Source of the DNA: Octopus bimaculoides
Taxonomy: Eukaryota
Length of the DNA: 64,000 bases
Direction: 5' to 3'
Assembly: GCF_001194135.2 (NCBI RefSeq)
Contig: NC_068988.1
Coordinates: 3,949,641-4,013,640 of the forward strand
The notes under the pieces were generated by a model. It searched no databases. It was not told the DNA's origin and saw only the letters and a program-made list of their open reading frames with translations. Within the stretch, counting starts at the first letter, position 1. Each line of letters begins with the position of its first letter. Below are positions 63,961 through 64,000 of the stretch, one piece after another. The translations under genes were made by a program, and so were the position numbers.

Positions 63961-64000
<40 letters not shown>

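Overview
AT-rich, microsatellite-dense animal DNA with seven N-gaps. I infer a coleoid cephalopod (Octopus-like) from the SINE and LINE families as I recall them; this was not checked against a database. No complete host gene is recognisable, and only two isolated, unidentified exon candidates were found (14772-14859, 21842-21954). The window is a mosaic of several tRNA-headed SINE families, an RTE-tailed non-autonomous retroposon, decayed LINEs (RTE, R4/Dong-like, Penelope-like), decayed DNA transposons (maT DD37D, mariner, MULE/FLYWCH, hAT, Merlin-like) and MITEs or foldbacks. Most ORF-track entries are artefacts of microsatellites or N-runs. The main observation is a recurring set of minimal type I hammerhead ribozyme motifs. 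Two occur in palindromic elements (24083-24662, 61596-62090) built as two head-to-head units of tRNA-like Pol III head, (AAT)n and hammerhead. Unrelated hammerhead variants occur at 50628-50699 and 51783-51819, and a decayed one follows a Penelope-like GIY-YIG relic at about 11.8 kb.
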